The position numbers and the translations under genes were made by a program. DNA of 64,000 nucleotides from positions 72,726,001 through 72,790,000 of the forward strand of contig JBNRSN020000014.1 of NCBI GenBank assembly GCA_051313645.2. Reading direction: 5' to 3'. Below are positions 51,601 to 64,000 of this stretch, in pieces. The notes below the pieces were generated by a model. That model was given only the letters and a program-made list of their open reading frames with translations, did no database searches and had not been told where the DNA came from. Positions within the stretch are counted from its first letter, which is position 1; each line of letters starts with the position of its first letter. This stretch comes from Centroscyllium fabricii. Taxonomy: Eukaryota.

Positions 51601-53543
51601 CACAACTGCTTGAGGGTGTACAACTTAAAGTTACGGTACACACAGCCCTTGACTGTGAGCGTGACAGAGCAGTAGCTGGTGACGTCCGCGGTGTGGGACT
51701 GTGAAGCAAGGGAGACTTGGTAGCGCGTGGGCAGGATCTGCAGTCCGTAGTGCTGCGCTGTATCGGGGTGGATGAAGCTCTCTGCTTCCAGTGTCGAACA
51801 GGCAATTTGTAATATGGCCGTTAATTTTGATCGGCATGATCGAGTTCGATAGGGTGTGCGGCCTAGCCTGGTCGACTTTTGGTATGGCTGAGGCCGAAGT
51901 GTGTGTCTGTGTGTGGGGGCCCCCTGCTGGTTGGGGCTGTACACAAGATGGCGGCGCCCATGGTTCGCACATGGCGGGCAGCTGGAGACAAGATGGCGGC
52001 ACCGAGGGATCGCACATGGCGGGCCGCTGGAGACAAGATGGCGGCGCCGAGGGTTCACACATGGCAGGCCGTTGGAGACAAGATGGCGGCGCCCGTGGTT
52101 CGCACGCGGCTGACCGCTGTGAGCACGCTGGCGGTGCCCGTGGTTCGCACGCAGCGGGCCGCGGTGGCTGGGTTGGCGGTGCCCGTGGTTCACACGCAGC
52201 GAGCCGCGGTGGTTGGGTTGGCGGTGCCCGTGATTCGCATGCAGCGGGCAGCACTGGGTGTGCTGCTGGCGTTGGGGGGTCGCGCTTGTCCGGTCATGGC
52301 TGAGCTTGGCATGCCGTGGGTGCAGCTGGCCTTTGCCGCATCAGGGTGGGAGATGGGGGCGCTTTTCTTCTACCCCCGGACCATCGCTGGATCGCGCTGC
52401 AATTGCAGCTTACCTGAGTCCTGGTGGAGCTTTTGCAGGCTGCGCTGTTGTACCTGGAGTTGGGTGCTGGTGCTGATCTGCAGGCCTTTGCATAGTGTCC
52501 CTTCTTGGAGCACCTCTCGCAAGTCGCGGTCTTCGCTGGGCATCTCGCCCGTGGATGCAGTCCCTGGCCGCAGAAGTAGCACCGTCTGTCCGCTGCGTCT
52601 TAGTGGCTGTCGCTGCCATTGTGGGGGTCTCGGCCCGTTGTGGTGCTGCCCAGGCCTGGGCCCGTTGTGGCGCAGCCCACGCGTCATAGGCCTGCGGGTT
52701 TGTGCCGCTGTACCCCTGCAGCTTGTTGCGTGCCCCTTCCACCGAGTTCGAGATGGCTATCGCCTCCTCTAGGGTTAGGTAGTCTTTCTCTAGTAGCCGC
52801 TGGCGGGCCTCAACGCACCTTAGGCCTGTTACGTAGGCATCACGGATGAGGAGATTCGCCTCCTCCTCTGCTGTCTGTGGTTGGCAGCCACAGACCCGTA
52901 CCAGGGCCTGGAGTGCCTGCTCAAATTGTTCATTGGACTCACCCGGTAGTTGTGGTCTGGTCGCGAGCACATGTCTGGCGTAGACCGAGTGGACCGGGCG
53001 CTCGTAAGATTTTCGCAGTTTCTCCACTGCCACTGGGTAGGTTTTGGCGTCCCGGATGAGGGAGAATACTCGGCTGGAGATCCCAGACCGGAGAACTTGT
53101 AGCTTGTTCCCGTCGGTTATAGCCTTGGCGGCGTCCATGTAGGCCTCCAGGAGACCAAACCAGAGTTTGTGGGTCGTGGCGGCGGCTGGGTCCTGTGGAC
53201 TGATGTCCAGCTTCTCCGGTTTTACCGCGCCGCTCTCCATTTTAAATTTCTAAGTCAATAAAATTGACGTATCGTCAATTTACTCAATAAAGTCAAAGAC
53301 GAGTAGTGACCTTAACTACAGGCTTTTATTGACTTACTTTGGAGCTACACTCCGAACGAACAAACAGGAACAGAATGAGTGAGCCCGGTCAGTCCTCACC
53401 TACAAAGGGCCTCACCTGGGGGAGGAGTTAGAGGTGTGGCTGACCTGGCTCCACGACAGTGTCGCAACATGTTTAACTATTATACATGGCAATATTGGCA
53501 CCAATATTGTAGTGGTAAACTATAGACAATTATGGTTACCACA
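48696..53543 (-). mobile_element. Full-length Gypsy (Mag-like) element E
   Basis: 279-bp LTRs 48696-48974 and 53265-53543 (4 differences seen), TSD AGCTG, PPT. Confidence 0.97.
48994..53240 (-). pseudogene. gag-pol: Disrupted gag-pol of Gypsy E
   Basis: MESGAVKPEKLDISPQD gag through integrase, with several frameshifts and a stop. Confidence 0.92.
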
Positions 53544-53943
53544 AGCTGTTCACATCTATTCAGAGCCATCCTGTGTTTCTTCAATTTCTCCGAATATATC
53601 CGCCTTCTAGCCTGTCGCTGACCTTTCCTTTGTGCTTTCAGACCCCCCACCCCCCTTTCCCCAGCCCCCACAAGCTTTAAATCTATCCCCCCTCCTGGCT
53701 TCTCCAGTTTTGAAGAAAGGTCTTCGACCTGAAATGTTAACTCTGTTCCTCTCTCCAACGATGCTGTCTGGCCTGCCGAGTTTCTCCAGCGTTTTCTGTT
53801 GTTATTTTGAATATAGTTTATATCTAGATCTAAATTGTTGTCTCGTACGGAAGGAGTGTTTGGTTTCTGGATAATTCCTGTGTGCTCGGAATGACCTTTC
53901 TGACTGCAGGGGGCGCGCTGATGACAAACACTCAATCTGATTG

Positions 53944-54947
53944 TGTAACGGAATGCTGTAACGGATTGTGGTGGGGCCCAAATGCAGAGACACTGAAACG
54001 TCTTTCTAAAGCAAAACTCCTTTAATATATATAAATAACAAAACCCTCATAAATTGCATTCACACATACACAATTCTATTAAACATCTAAACAAGTCTTT
54101 GCTGAAGACTGGCACAAGCTTCATTACAGTTACAGAATACAAGATAGAAATAGAAATCAAGTTCCATTCGGAACTGGTACAATACTTTCCAAAGTTGTGT
54201 AGAATAGAGTAGAGGAATGCTACGCAGCCAAGCGCATCATTGACCCGAGGAATACATGTCCAAATCCTGAATCCAGGTGGGTGCAAAACTGGATCTCTTC
54301 CGAGTCCGCCCTGCGGTCGAGACTCACTCCAACTGAGTCTTCTGAGGAAGAGAATACCATCCAGAATCCTTGGGACTCCTTGCATACCCTACAGCAACGT
54401 CCAAACCTGAGTTCGGTTGATAATGACCAAATGTCCAAGGAGTAGATTCTGAAATCTCTTCCGAGTCCGCCCTGCGGTCGAGACTCACTCCCCCGGAGTC
54501 TTCTGAGGAAGACAATACCTGATCCACTAGCAGGGGGACGCCCTTACTCGACAGATGAATGTCCAAGCCTGAGCTGCAGAATAGCAGAGTGCAATGTCAA
54601 GGCTGAGTGATATGAGCTCCAAACCCCATTGCCTCTCGAGCAGCTCAGCACAGAAACCAACTCCTCCAGCAGTATGAAGAAAGTCAATCCAATCCAATCC
54701 AATGAATGTAGCAATTCAATGATCCCGCACCTGCCTCATCACTACCTCCAGCTTATGAACCAAACCGGCAAACAGATCATTTGGTGTTAGCCAATAAGCT
54801 GCAGGCAATGAGAACAGGGACACACAGGCAAGTGAAACAGATAATAGATAAGATTAATAGAATAACAGGGGAACAAGTCCTCAATTCAGCTGTGAGCACA
54901 CAACCAAGCTGTCTTTGAAATCTTAAAGGGAAAGGCACCCTGTGACA
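53944..54947 (-). mobile_element. Solo LTR (sushi-like Gypsy) in the H2B promoter
   Basis: Minus strand TGTCAC...GTTACA, TSD GATTG, shares motifs with the other solo LTRs. Confidence 0.9.
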
Positions 54948-55085
54948 GATTGGATACATAACGAAGCCAATCAGAGAGATGCAGAACAATGAAAATTGAC
55001 ATCACTCTTTAGCAGCCAATCACAATCATTACCTTCACCCATCCCTCATTAGCATAGGGCTTTGATGCTGCCTATTTAAGGCGGG
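54948..55085 (+). promoter_or_regulatory. H2B promoter
   Basis: Two GCCAATC, octamer-like CTCATTAGCAT, TATTTAA. Confidence 0.8.
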
Positions 55086-55131
55086 CGCGGAGCGGGTTCG
55101 CGTCATTGTGTGTCTGAAATTGAGTTGGAGA

Positions 55132-55509
55132 ATGGTTGAGGAAAAAACGAAAAAAGTTGCCAAGAAAGGCGCGAAGAAAACCCTCAGTAAACCGGCAGCG
55201 AAGGGCAGCAAGAAGCGCAGAAAGTCGAGGAAGGAGAATTATTCCATCTACATCTACAAAGTGATGAAGCAGGTTCACCCCGACACCGGCATCTCCTCCA
55301 AGGCCATGAGCATCATGAACTCGTTTGTGAACGATATTTTCGAGCGCATCGTGGGTGAGGCTTCCCGCCTGACCCATTACAACAAGCGGCACACCATCAG
55401 CTCCCGGGAGATCCAGACTGCCGTGCGCCTGCTGCTGCCCGGGGAGCTGGCCAAGCACGCCGTGTCGGAAGGGTCAAAGGCGGTGACCAAATACACCAGC
55501 TCCAAGTAA
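55132..55509 (+). CDS. H2B: Histone H2B (125 aa)
   Basis: [13 protein letters not shown]...[17 protein letters not shown]...KYTSSK; promoter and stem-loop intact. Confidence 0.93.
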   Translation: MVEEKTKKVAKKGAKKTLSKPAAKGSKKRRKSRKENYSIYIYKVMKQVHPDTGISSKAMSIMNSFVNDIFERIVGEASRLTHYNKRHTISSREIQTAVRLLLPGELAKHAVSEGSKAVTKYTSSK

Positions 55510-55549
55510 AACTCCACGCTGTCCTGACACAACAAACCCAAAACACAAC

Positions 55550-55565
55550 GGCTCTTTTAAGAGCC
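55550..55565 (+). terminator. Histone 3' stem-loop (H2B)
   Basis: GGCTCTTTTAAGAGCC + ACCCA. Confidence 0.95.
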
Positions 55566-55968
55566 ACCCACAACCTCTCTGAAAGAGCCACACAAACGCT
55601 TGTACAAGATGCTCTTGTATTTCATTAACAGGTGTGTTGGAGAACATTTGAAGTTCCAGATGCAGATTAAGTTCTCAATTCTCAGATAAACATTGTTCGG
55701 TTCGAGCTGACCGTTCAATTCCCCTCCCAGTAAACTACAAAAATGTTCATTGGTCGCTCTGTCCCTTTGCTCTCAGACACGCCTAATTAAATGCTTGCTT
55801 TGAGACTCGGATTTCAGTCACCTAGTTTCTCTGTCAAGACGTTTTTAATGCCAGTTGTGACTCAATCCGTTTACTAACTCGAGACTTCCTGCAGTTTAAC
55901 AACCCAGAATGGAAGTTCTTATAGAGACGAGAACAGAGACGGTTTGAACACTCAGTCCCTCTTCTCAC

Positions 55969-56195
55969 TTCAATTCAATTTATTGTCATTGTAAAGTGAA
56001 CATACACAAAACAACAAAATGCAAACATGCAATCTCACAAATTATTAAAATGTCCTTTAGTCCCAGTCTGATCCATTCCATCCCACCAGGACCACTCGGC
56101 GCTGCAGCCACGATGTGCCCGGTGCCCGGCCACGCAGGCCCTGGCGCTCCGGCCACGAAGCTCCCGGCCCCCGACGGCCTCGCAGCTCCCGGCGC
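55969..56195 (-). mobile_element. Probable 5'-truncated LINE 3' end replacing most of H2A
   Basis: Minus strand ends AATAAATTGAATTGAA; sits where the paralog has H2A. Confidence 0.55.
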
Positions 56196-56263
56196 TGCCA
56201 GCTCCAAGAGCAAGTAAAGCGGACACAATTCAATCTGACAACCCAAAGGCTCTTTTCAGAGCC
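56196..56263 (+). pseudogene. H2A: H2A C-terminal stub with stem-loop
   Basis: GCCAGCTCCAAGAGCAAGTAA and 3' UTR matching 25661-25728. Confidence 0.88.
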
Positions 56264-56746
56264 ACCCACTGTATCTGAGAAAGGGCTGGTCACTGTTCTG
56301 TTTTATGGAGCACGATATTTCTAGAACTGATTTAACATTATATCTGCTATTAAGCTGGCAGTTTCTTGATCAGAAATAACCATCAGCCATTCTCGGTTAT
56401 AAAAGGACACTGTCGAACACAGTAACTGAAGTTCTCACCTATCCCCGCATCAATAATTGATTTTAAAAGTACGATCCAGACTTCAGGCACCTCTTCCTCT
56501 CTGGATAATCGATCCGATAATGTTGGATCAATTTATAGCAGAGCTCCCACTAATGGATTCTGACCCACACTGGACGGATGCTGTCAGTGTACTGGGCAGC
56601 TCACTCACATTTAAACCGAGATCAAACCCCCAGTCAGATATTCACTGCCGCCACCTTACAAATCGCCAATTATATTAACACTACAAGATGTGCACGGTGT
56701 GTGCAGTCCTTGCACAGATCGCAGCTCTTTCCTGTGCTGATTTGGT

Positions 56747-56762
56747 GGCTCTTAAAAGAGCC
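56747..56762 (-). terminator. Histone 3' stem-loop (H3)
   Basis: Reverse complement of GGCTCTTTTAAGAGCC, HDE GAAAGAGCTG. Confidence 0.95.
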
Positions 56763-56806
56763 GTTGTTGTATTTGGTGCTAAAGTGTGGAGCCGGGCAGG
56801 GTGAGT

Positions 56807-57289
<483 letters not shown>

Positions 57290-57471
57290 TTATACTCAGT
57301 GAGGGACCGCCCCAGCACTGATTGGCTGGAGACTGGCGCCCACCCACTTTAAACCCAACTCTGACCAATCAATGAAACGCTGGAAACTCAGGCCCCGATT
57401 GGCTGAGCTGGGATTAATCTCCCATTTCAAAATGCCCGCCAATTTTACAGCAGGATATAACCGTTTGGAGA

Positions 57472-57774
57472 CATAGAAGATAAGAGCAGGAGTAGGCCAT
57501 TCGACCCTTCGAGCATGCCGCGCCATTCAATGAGATCATGGCTGATCACCCAAACCCAGTACCCTGTCCCTGCCTTGTCCCCGAATCCCTATCGAGCCTG
57601 CACCGACACATATCCCACCCCATCCCCGTAACCCCACATATTCAATCCCCGTAACACTAAGGGTCAAATTATCCTGGCCAATCAACCTAACCCGCACATC
57701 TTTGGACTGTGGGAGGAAACCGGAGCACCCGGAGGAAACCCACGCAGAGACGGGGAGAATGTGCAAACTCCACA
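57472..57774 (-). mobile_element. Head-truncated V-SINE, paralog of 23989-24373
   Basis: Same position relative to the H3 promoter. Confidence 0.9.
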
Positions 57775-58382
57775 AACTGCACTGATCGCGCTCTCACACC
57801 CGATCGCCCGCATGGTCGCTGTTTTTCAGCTGAAGTTGGAAATCAAATAAAACTTCACATTTAATTCCCTCTTCGGGGCTGAGCAGGGGTGCAGGGCAAT
57901 CCTATGACAGGGAAATCTTTCAATTTTACACAAGAGGGTCTCTGAAATCCGGCGATGAGTGCGGACACACAAACACAGTGACATGAGTGGAACCCGCCCG
58001 CCCCTTTAACACACTCTCGCTGACACAATGTTCACTCTGACTCATTCACAGCACAATCTGGTCCCAGATTTACAGTTCCCGGGACAGGTTTTCCTCTCCG
58101 CTCGGCCTGTGCTGCCGATTCTCGGGGTTAGTTGCAGTTTCCCAGCTCAGTCCGTGTTAAACACTCTGAGGCCGGCCGGTGCTCCTCACAGTGTCTGTTC
58201 CCCAGATTCAGCGACTGGAGCCAATCACCGCTCTGGCTATATTCACCCATATCTGCTTTGAAGGTATTATCTTTTTCGCAGGCAGAAATAGGTTTGATTT
58301 ATATGAAAATAGAAATGATGAGCTCACCGCCCCTCTAGCCTCTCCCTGTATCTCTCTCTCCTCCCAAACTGAGGAACAGAAC

Positions 58383-60993
58383 TGTCACAGTTTGGCATGC
58401 CCCCTTTAAGGCATCCATGTTTTATTTGGGCATTCCCTTTAATGTTCCCATTTTGGTTCTAAGTGTTGTTCTATGTGTGGGTTAAGTGTGGGTTAAGTGT
58501 ATCAATTGGGTTGTTCACAACCAGGTGTTTTCTGTTTGTATATGCCTGCACCCTGATTGGTCAACATCAATCATCTGATTAGGCTGGTTTGGGTTTATTA
58601 GCCCATGGTTTGGGTTCCCATTTTGGTTCTAAGTGTTGTTCTATGTGTGGGTTAAGTGTATCAATTGGGTTGTTCACAACCAGGTGTTTTCTGTTTGTAC
58701 ATGCCTGCACCCTGATTGGTCAACATCAATCATCTGATTAGGCTGGTTTGGGTTTATAAGCTGATGGTTTGACCAGACTGGTTGCGGGATCATTGCAGAA
58801 GTTTCCATTATATCACACTTCACTGGATGGAAAGGAAGCAGAAGGGATTGCTCTGCTTCTCTGAGCTGCCTTAAACAGGGACCATGGGACCGAGCCCATA
58901 TCACTCCGTCTTGACATGTTACCCTGCTATTTGGGACTCAGATATGGACAACTCATCTGTTAGGTAAGGGAGTTAACCCTGCCAGTAGATCTGGTGCGCT
59001 ACTGCCTGATGCCATTGAGTTAAGTCTCCGTGGTGGAGCAGAAGAAGTAGGACGGACCCATTTCTACTCCTTGGACATTGGCTTACTTCACCCGAACCGA
59101 GGTTTGGACATCTGTTAGGAAGATCAGGAATTATCTTTCCTGCCTGTTACCATTGGGTTAAGTCTCTGTGGTGGAACAGAGGAGCTGGACATCATTGCAT
59201 TCTACCTTCATAATTGGACTGTTCATTATCTGTTGTTATTAGACCCTGTTGTATGTTAGCTACTCTACCACTTGGCTGCGTAGAACTTGTTCCTCCCTGA
59301 TGGAAGTGGTCATGATAACATGTTCCACTAAGGCTTGATCCTCTCTGGGGATGTGGTCGGTTTAAAGGGTTCCACGCCCAGTAGAAAGCCTGTCCGGTTC
59401 GGAGGAGGACTTGTTTATTTCTGCCTCTAGGGTTTTAATAATAATGTCAAAGTATGTGCCTGTCTTTAGCCAAAGACTTGTGTCTAGAATTGTATGTCTT
59501 ATTCAAACTTGTGTTGTTAGATTAAAGGGGTTTTTGTATCAAGATTGACGTCTCAGTGTTTCTGCATTTGGGCCCCGCTCACCAGATCCATTACCATTCC
59601 CTTACAGAATGATCCCGCCAATAGGGGCCCAGCAGGCACTGAATGCGTCTTGTACTGTGATTTGTTTTTGGAGGATAGGTTTTTTCCCTTCTCTGCACCC
59701 CTCCGCCCACCCTATTCGGGCATTGGGGGTTTCTGGGCCGTCAGGAGCCGTCCCTTGAGTGGGGGGTTCTGTCACAGTTTGGCATGCCCCCTTTAAGGCA
59801 TCCATGTTTTATTTGGGCATTCCCTTTAATGTTCCCATTTTGGTTCTAAGTGTTGTTCTATGTGTGGGTTAAGTGTGGGTTAAGTGTATCAATTGGGTTG
59901 TTCACAACCAGGTGTTTTCTGTTTGTATATGCCTGCACCCTGATTGGTCAACATCAATCATCTGATTAGGCTGGTTTGGGTTTATTAGCCCATGGTTTGG
60001 GTTCCCATTTTGGTTCTAAGTGTTGTTCTATGTGTGGGTTAAGTGTATCAATTGGGTTGTTCACAACCAGGTGTTTTCTGTTTGTACATGCCTGCACCCT
60101 GATTGGTCAACATCAATCATCTGATTAGGCTGGTTTGGGTTTATAAGCTGATGGTTTGACCAGACTGGTTGCGGGATCATTGCAGAAGTTTCCATTATAT
60201 CACACTTCACTGGATGGAAAGGAAGCAGAAGGGATTGCTCTGCTTCTCTGAGCTGCCTTAAACAGGGACCATGGGACCGAGCCCATATCACTCCGTCTTG
60301 ACATGTTACCCTGCTATTTGGGACTCAGATATGGACAACTCATCTGTTAGGTAAGGGAGTTAACCCTGCCAGTAGATCTGGTGCGCTACTGCCTGATGCC
60401 ATTGAGTTAAGTCTCCGTGGTGGAGCAGAAGAAGTAGGACGGACCCATTTCTACTCCTTGGACATTGGCTTACTTCACCCGAACCGAGGTTTGGACATCT
60501 GTTAGGAAGATCAGGAATTATCTTTCCTGCCTGTTACCATTGGGTTAAGTCTCTGTGGTGGAACAGAGGAGCTGGACATCATTGCATTCTACCTTCATAA
60601 TTGGACTGTTCATTATCTGTTGTTATTAGACCCTGTTGTATGTTAGCTACTCTACCACTTGGCTGCGTAGAACTTGTTCCTCCCTGATGGAAGTGGTCAT
60701 GATAACATGTTCCACTAAGGCTTGATCCTCTCTGGGGATGTGGTCGGTTTAAAGGGTTCCACGCCCAGTAGAAAGCCTGTCCGGTTCGGAGGAGGACTTG
60801 TTTATTTCTGCCTCTAGGGTTTTAATAATAATGTCAAAGTATGTGCCTGTCTTTAGCCAAAGACTTGTGTCTAGAATTGTATGTCTTATTCAAACTTGTG
60901 TTGTTAGATTAAAGGGGTTTTTGTATCAAGATTGACGTCTCAGTGTTTCTGCATTTGGGCCCCGCTCACCAGATCCATTACCATTCCCTTACA
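58383..60993 (+). mobile_element. Non-autonomous mini LTR element: two 1224-bp LTRs, 163-bp internal region
   Basis: LTRs 58383-59606 and 59770-60993 (no differences noticed), TSD AGAAC, PPT GAGTGGGGGG. Confidence 0.96.
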
Positions 60994-61129
60994 AGAACAG
61001 AGAAACTGGTGCCCTGTGCATTCCACTCTCAACACCCAGAGAGACAGAGAGAGACAGTATCAGTCTCAAATGGTCCACGCACTCTCTCTTACCGAGATTT
61101 CGGGGCAGGAAAGTTTCACAGTTTAGCCA

Positions 61130-61235
61130 TGAATGTGGGTTTTGCTCTGTGTCTGTTAGTCTCTGGTATGTGAGTTTGGGTTTTACTCTGTGTCCGTTAG
61201 TCTCTGGTATGTGAGTGTGGGTTTTATTCTGTATT
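61130..61235 (-). repeat. Short satellite block, paralog of 20200-20350
   Basis: TTAGTCTCTGGTATGTGAGT units. Confidence 0.8.
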
Positions 61236-61248
61236 TTTTGGTCCCTGT

Positions 61249-64000
61249 TGTGGTGATATTGGGAAAGGTTGAATGGTGAACTCTGTACATTTCACTTCCT
61301 GTGCCCAGATAGTATAAATACTGGAACTGATCAGTATGGGGTGGATGCTTCATCTGGAAGCATGGTAAAACCCACCTTTGTAAATATTGACAATATAGTG
61401 GATTACAACTTTACTTTAGAGTTATTGATGTATACGTCTCATTTATACAAGGCTGTGTGCTGAGCCCCCTCCTCTACTCCCTCTTCACCCACGACTGCGC
61501 GGCTGTCCACGGCTCCAACACGATCATCAAGTTTGTTGACGACACCACGGTGGTTGGCCAGATCACCAATAATGATGAGTCAGCCTACAGGGATGAGATT
61601 CAGTGCCTTGTGGGATGGTGTGCCGATAACAACCTGGCACTGAACACCAAGAAAACCAAGGAGATCATAGTGGACTTCCAGAAGACTAAAAGCAGAAGAC
61701 ACAACCCCATCTTCATCCAAGGGGCTGAGGCAGAAAGGGTGTCCAGCTTCAAGTTCCTCAGGGTCTACATCTCAGAAGACCTCTCCTGGTCACTAAACAC
61801 CTCCTCTCTGATTAAGAAGGCCCAACAGCGCCTGTACTTCCTTAGGAAGCTGAAAAAAGCCAAGCTGTCATCCGGCATCCTCAACAACTTCTACCGCTGC
61901 ACAATCAAAAGCATACTGCCAAACTGCATCACAGTCTGGTATGGGAACTGCAACATCTCGGACCGGATGGCCCTGCAGCGGGTAGTCAAAACTGCCCAAT
62001 GAATCACCGGCACCCAGCTACTGTCAATCGAACGCACCTACCTCAAACGTTGCCTACGGAGGTCTCTGAACATCATTAAAGACCCCACACACCCCAGCCA
62101 CAGTCTGTTCGCCCCCCTGCCATCCGGGAGATGCTACAGATCAATCCGCACCCACACGACCAGTTTCAAGTACAGTTTCTTCCCCAGGGCTGTCAGTGTC
62201 CTGAATTCCAACAAAAAACTCCAGTATCTGCGCACCTGAAATGTACTTTATTGTACGAAATTGTATGTAACTTAAGCAGGAAATCCTAAGGGACACTTTT
62301 CCCTATCTTGATAACATTACTGTTGCAGGCCATGACCAGCAGCAACATGATGCCAATCTCCGAAGATTTCGGGATGCTCTCCATTACCGTAACTTAACTT
62401 TAAATGAATCCAAATCTGTGGAATCGCAACTGACCATCAACATTCTTGGCTACTGCATAGGCAATGGTATCATTAAACCAGACCCGGAAAGACTTTGCCC
62501 ACTCCAGGAGCTCCGTCCACCTAAAAATCCGGCTTCTTTATGTCTGGCCCTCGGTCTGTTTGTGTACTACGCTAAATGGATTTCTAATTTTTCAGTTAAG
62601 ATTCAACCCTTGCTGAATGCTGGAACAATTCAGTTGGAAACAGTGGCTGTTGAAGCCTTTAACGTTCACAAAAAACAGTTCGAGAAAGCAAAGCTTCACT
62701 CCATCAATGGGAACCTCACATTCATAGTCGAATGTGCTGGCTCGGAGGTGGCGATCTCAGCTACTCTAAATCAGGAAGGCCGTCCTGCAGCATTTATGTC
62801 CAGAACCTTACAAGGTGCCGAGATACATTATCCTCCAGTTGAGAAGGAAGCCAAAGCCATCATAGAGGCGGTACGGAAGTGGAACCATTTCCTAGCTCGC
62901 CGGCACTTTACATTAATCACGGACCAGCAATCAGTCACCTTCATGCTCGATAATCAAAAGCAAACTAAAATTAAGAACAATAAAATACAGCTTTGTAGGA
63001 TGGAATTGTCCTCTTTTGGTTACACCATTCACTATCGAGCTGGCAAGGTGAATGTGGCCCTGAATAACCTCACATGAACATTCTGCTCTGTGATGTCATC
63101 CTCTACTCTCATGGATAACCATGATGGATTGTGCCATCCTGGTGTGACTTGCATGCTACATTTCATGCGATCATGGAATCTCCCATTTTCTACTGGAGAT
63201 ATAAAGAAAATGTGCTCCGAATGTCAAATTTGTGCAGAATTGAAACCTCAGTTCTTCTGCCCCTCAGATGGTGCGCTCATACATGCAACCCAACCAATAC
63301 AACAACTTAGCGTCAACTTCAAGGTTCCATTGCCCTCTTCAACACGGAACATATATTTGCTCACCATGATTGATGAATATTCACGATTTATGTTTGCCTT
63401 CACCTGCTCCAATATGCGGGCATCCACAGTAATCAACTGCCTTCAGCAAGTTTTAGCTCTCTCTGGCATGGCGGCCTATATTCACTCAGATTGGGGTCCA
63501 TCCTTTATGTCAAGCGAATTCACGGACTACCTCTCAGAATGGGGAATTGTGACAAGCAAAACAACTCCATACCATCCCATCGGAAATGGACAGGTAATGA
63601 GATATAACGGTATCATCTGGAATTCCATATGTCTTGCTTTAAGTTCTCAGGGCCTACCAAACCAGCACTGGGAAGCAGTGCTTCCAGATGCTCTGAACTC
63701 TATATGGTCCCTTCTTGCTACAGCCACAAATACTACACCTCAGGAACGGTTCTTTAGGTTCCAGCGTCGCTCATCTTATGGGGCATCTCTTCCGTCATGG
63801 CTAACTACTCCTGGACCCATACTGCACCAAAGATACGTTCGGACATCTAAAAATGAGCCTCTCATGGACGAGGTCGAACTAACCGATGTCCACACTACCT
63901 ATGCCTACATACGATAGCCCAACGGTCGAGAGTCTACCGCATCATTACGGGACCTGGCACACTGCCCACCAGGACCCAGAGGGACCCCAAGTGATAATAT
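61249..64000 (+). mobile_element. Inverted paralog of Gypsy D with its nested Rex1 fragment (~61447-62255)
   Basis: Reverse complement of 17415-20188; same RT end, RNase H and integrase peptides. Confidence 0.92.

Larger units (their letters stand above)
47595..53810 (+). mobile_element. 5'-truncated Penelope-like element with inverted pLTR, interrupted by Gypsy E
   Basis: 47595-48150 is an inverted copy of 48470-48695 plus 53544-53810; GIY-YIG ORF between them. Confidence 0.88.

Overview
Repeat-dense vertebrate DNA, most likely from a cartilaginous fish (inferred from HE1/V-SINE-type SINEs with CR1-derived tails). The core is a partly decayed replication-dependent histone cluster (H1, H4, H3, H2A, H2B at 21.4-27.5 kb; another H2A pseudogene at 36.2-36.6 kb). 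A rearranged inverted copy lies at about 55.2-64 kb (H2B, an H2A stub, H3). It is embedded in nested transposons: several Gypsy LTR elements (Mag-like, CsRn1, sushi-like LTRs), CR1, Rex1/Babar and RTE LINEs, Penelope-like elements, a non-autonomous TIR transposon and a 40-41 bp satellite. Main observations: (1) three Mag-like Gypsy elements have no tRNA PBS, and the PBS position instead covaries with its complement over the LTR poly(A) signal; (2) a 2.6-kb non-coding mini LTR element and four solo LTRs carry an 11-nt Tf1/sushi-type self-primer 29 nt after the TATA box; (3) an intact-ORF H3 gene encodes K27M; (4) a palindromic Penelope-type insertion contains a minimal hammerhead ribozyme. Coordinates were read by eye; LINE and satellite boundaries are approximate.
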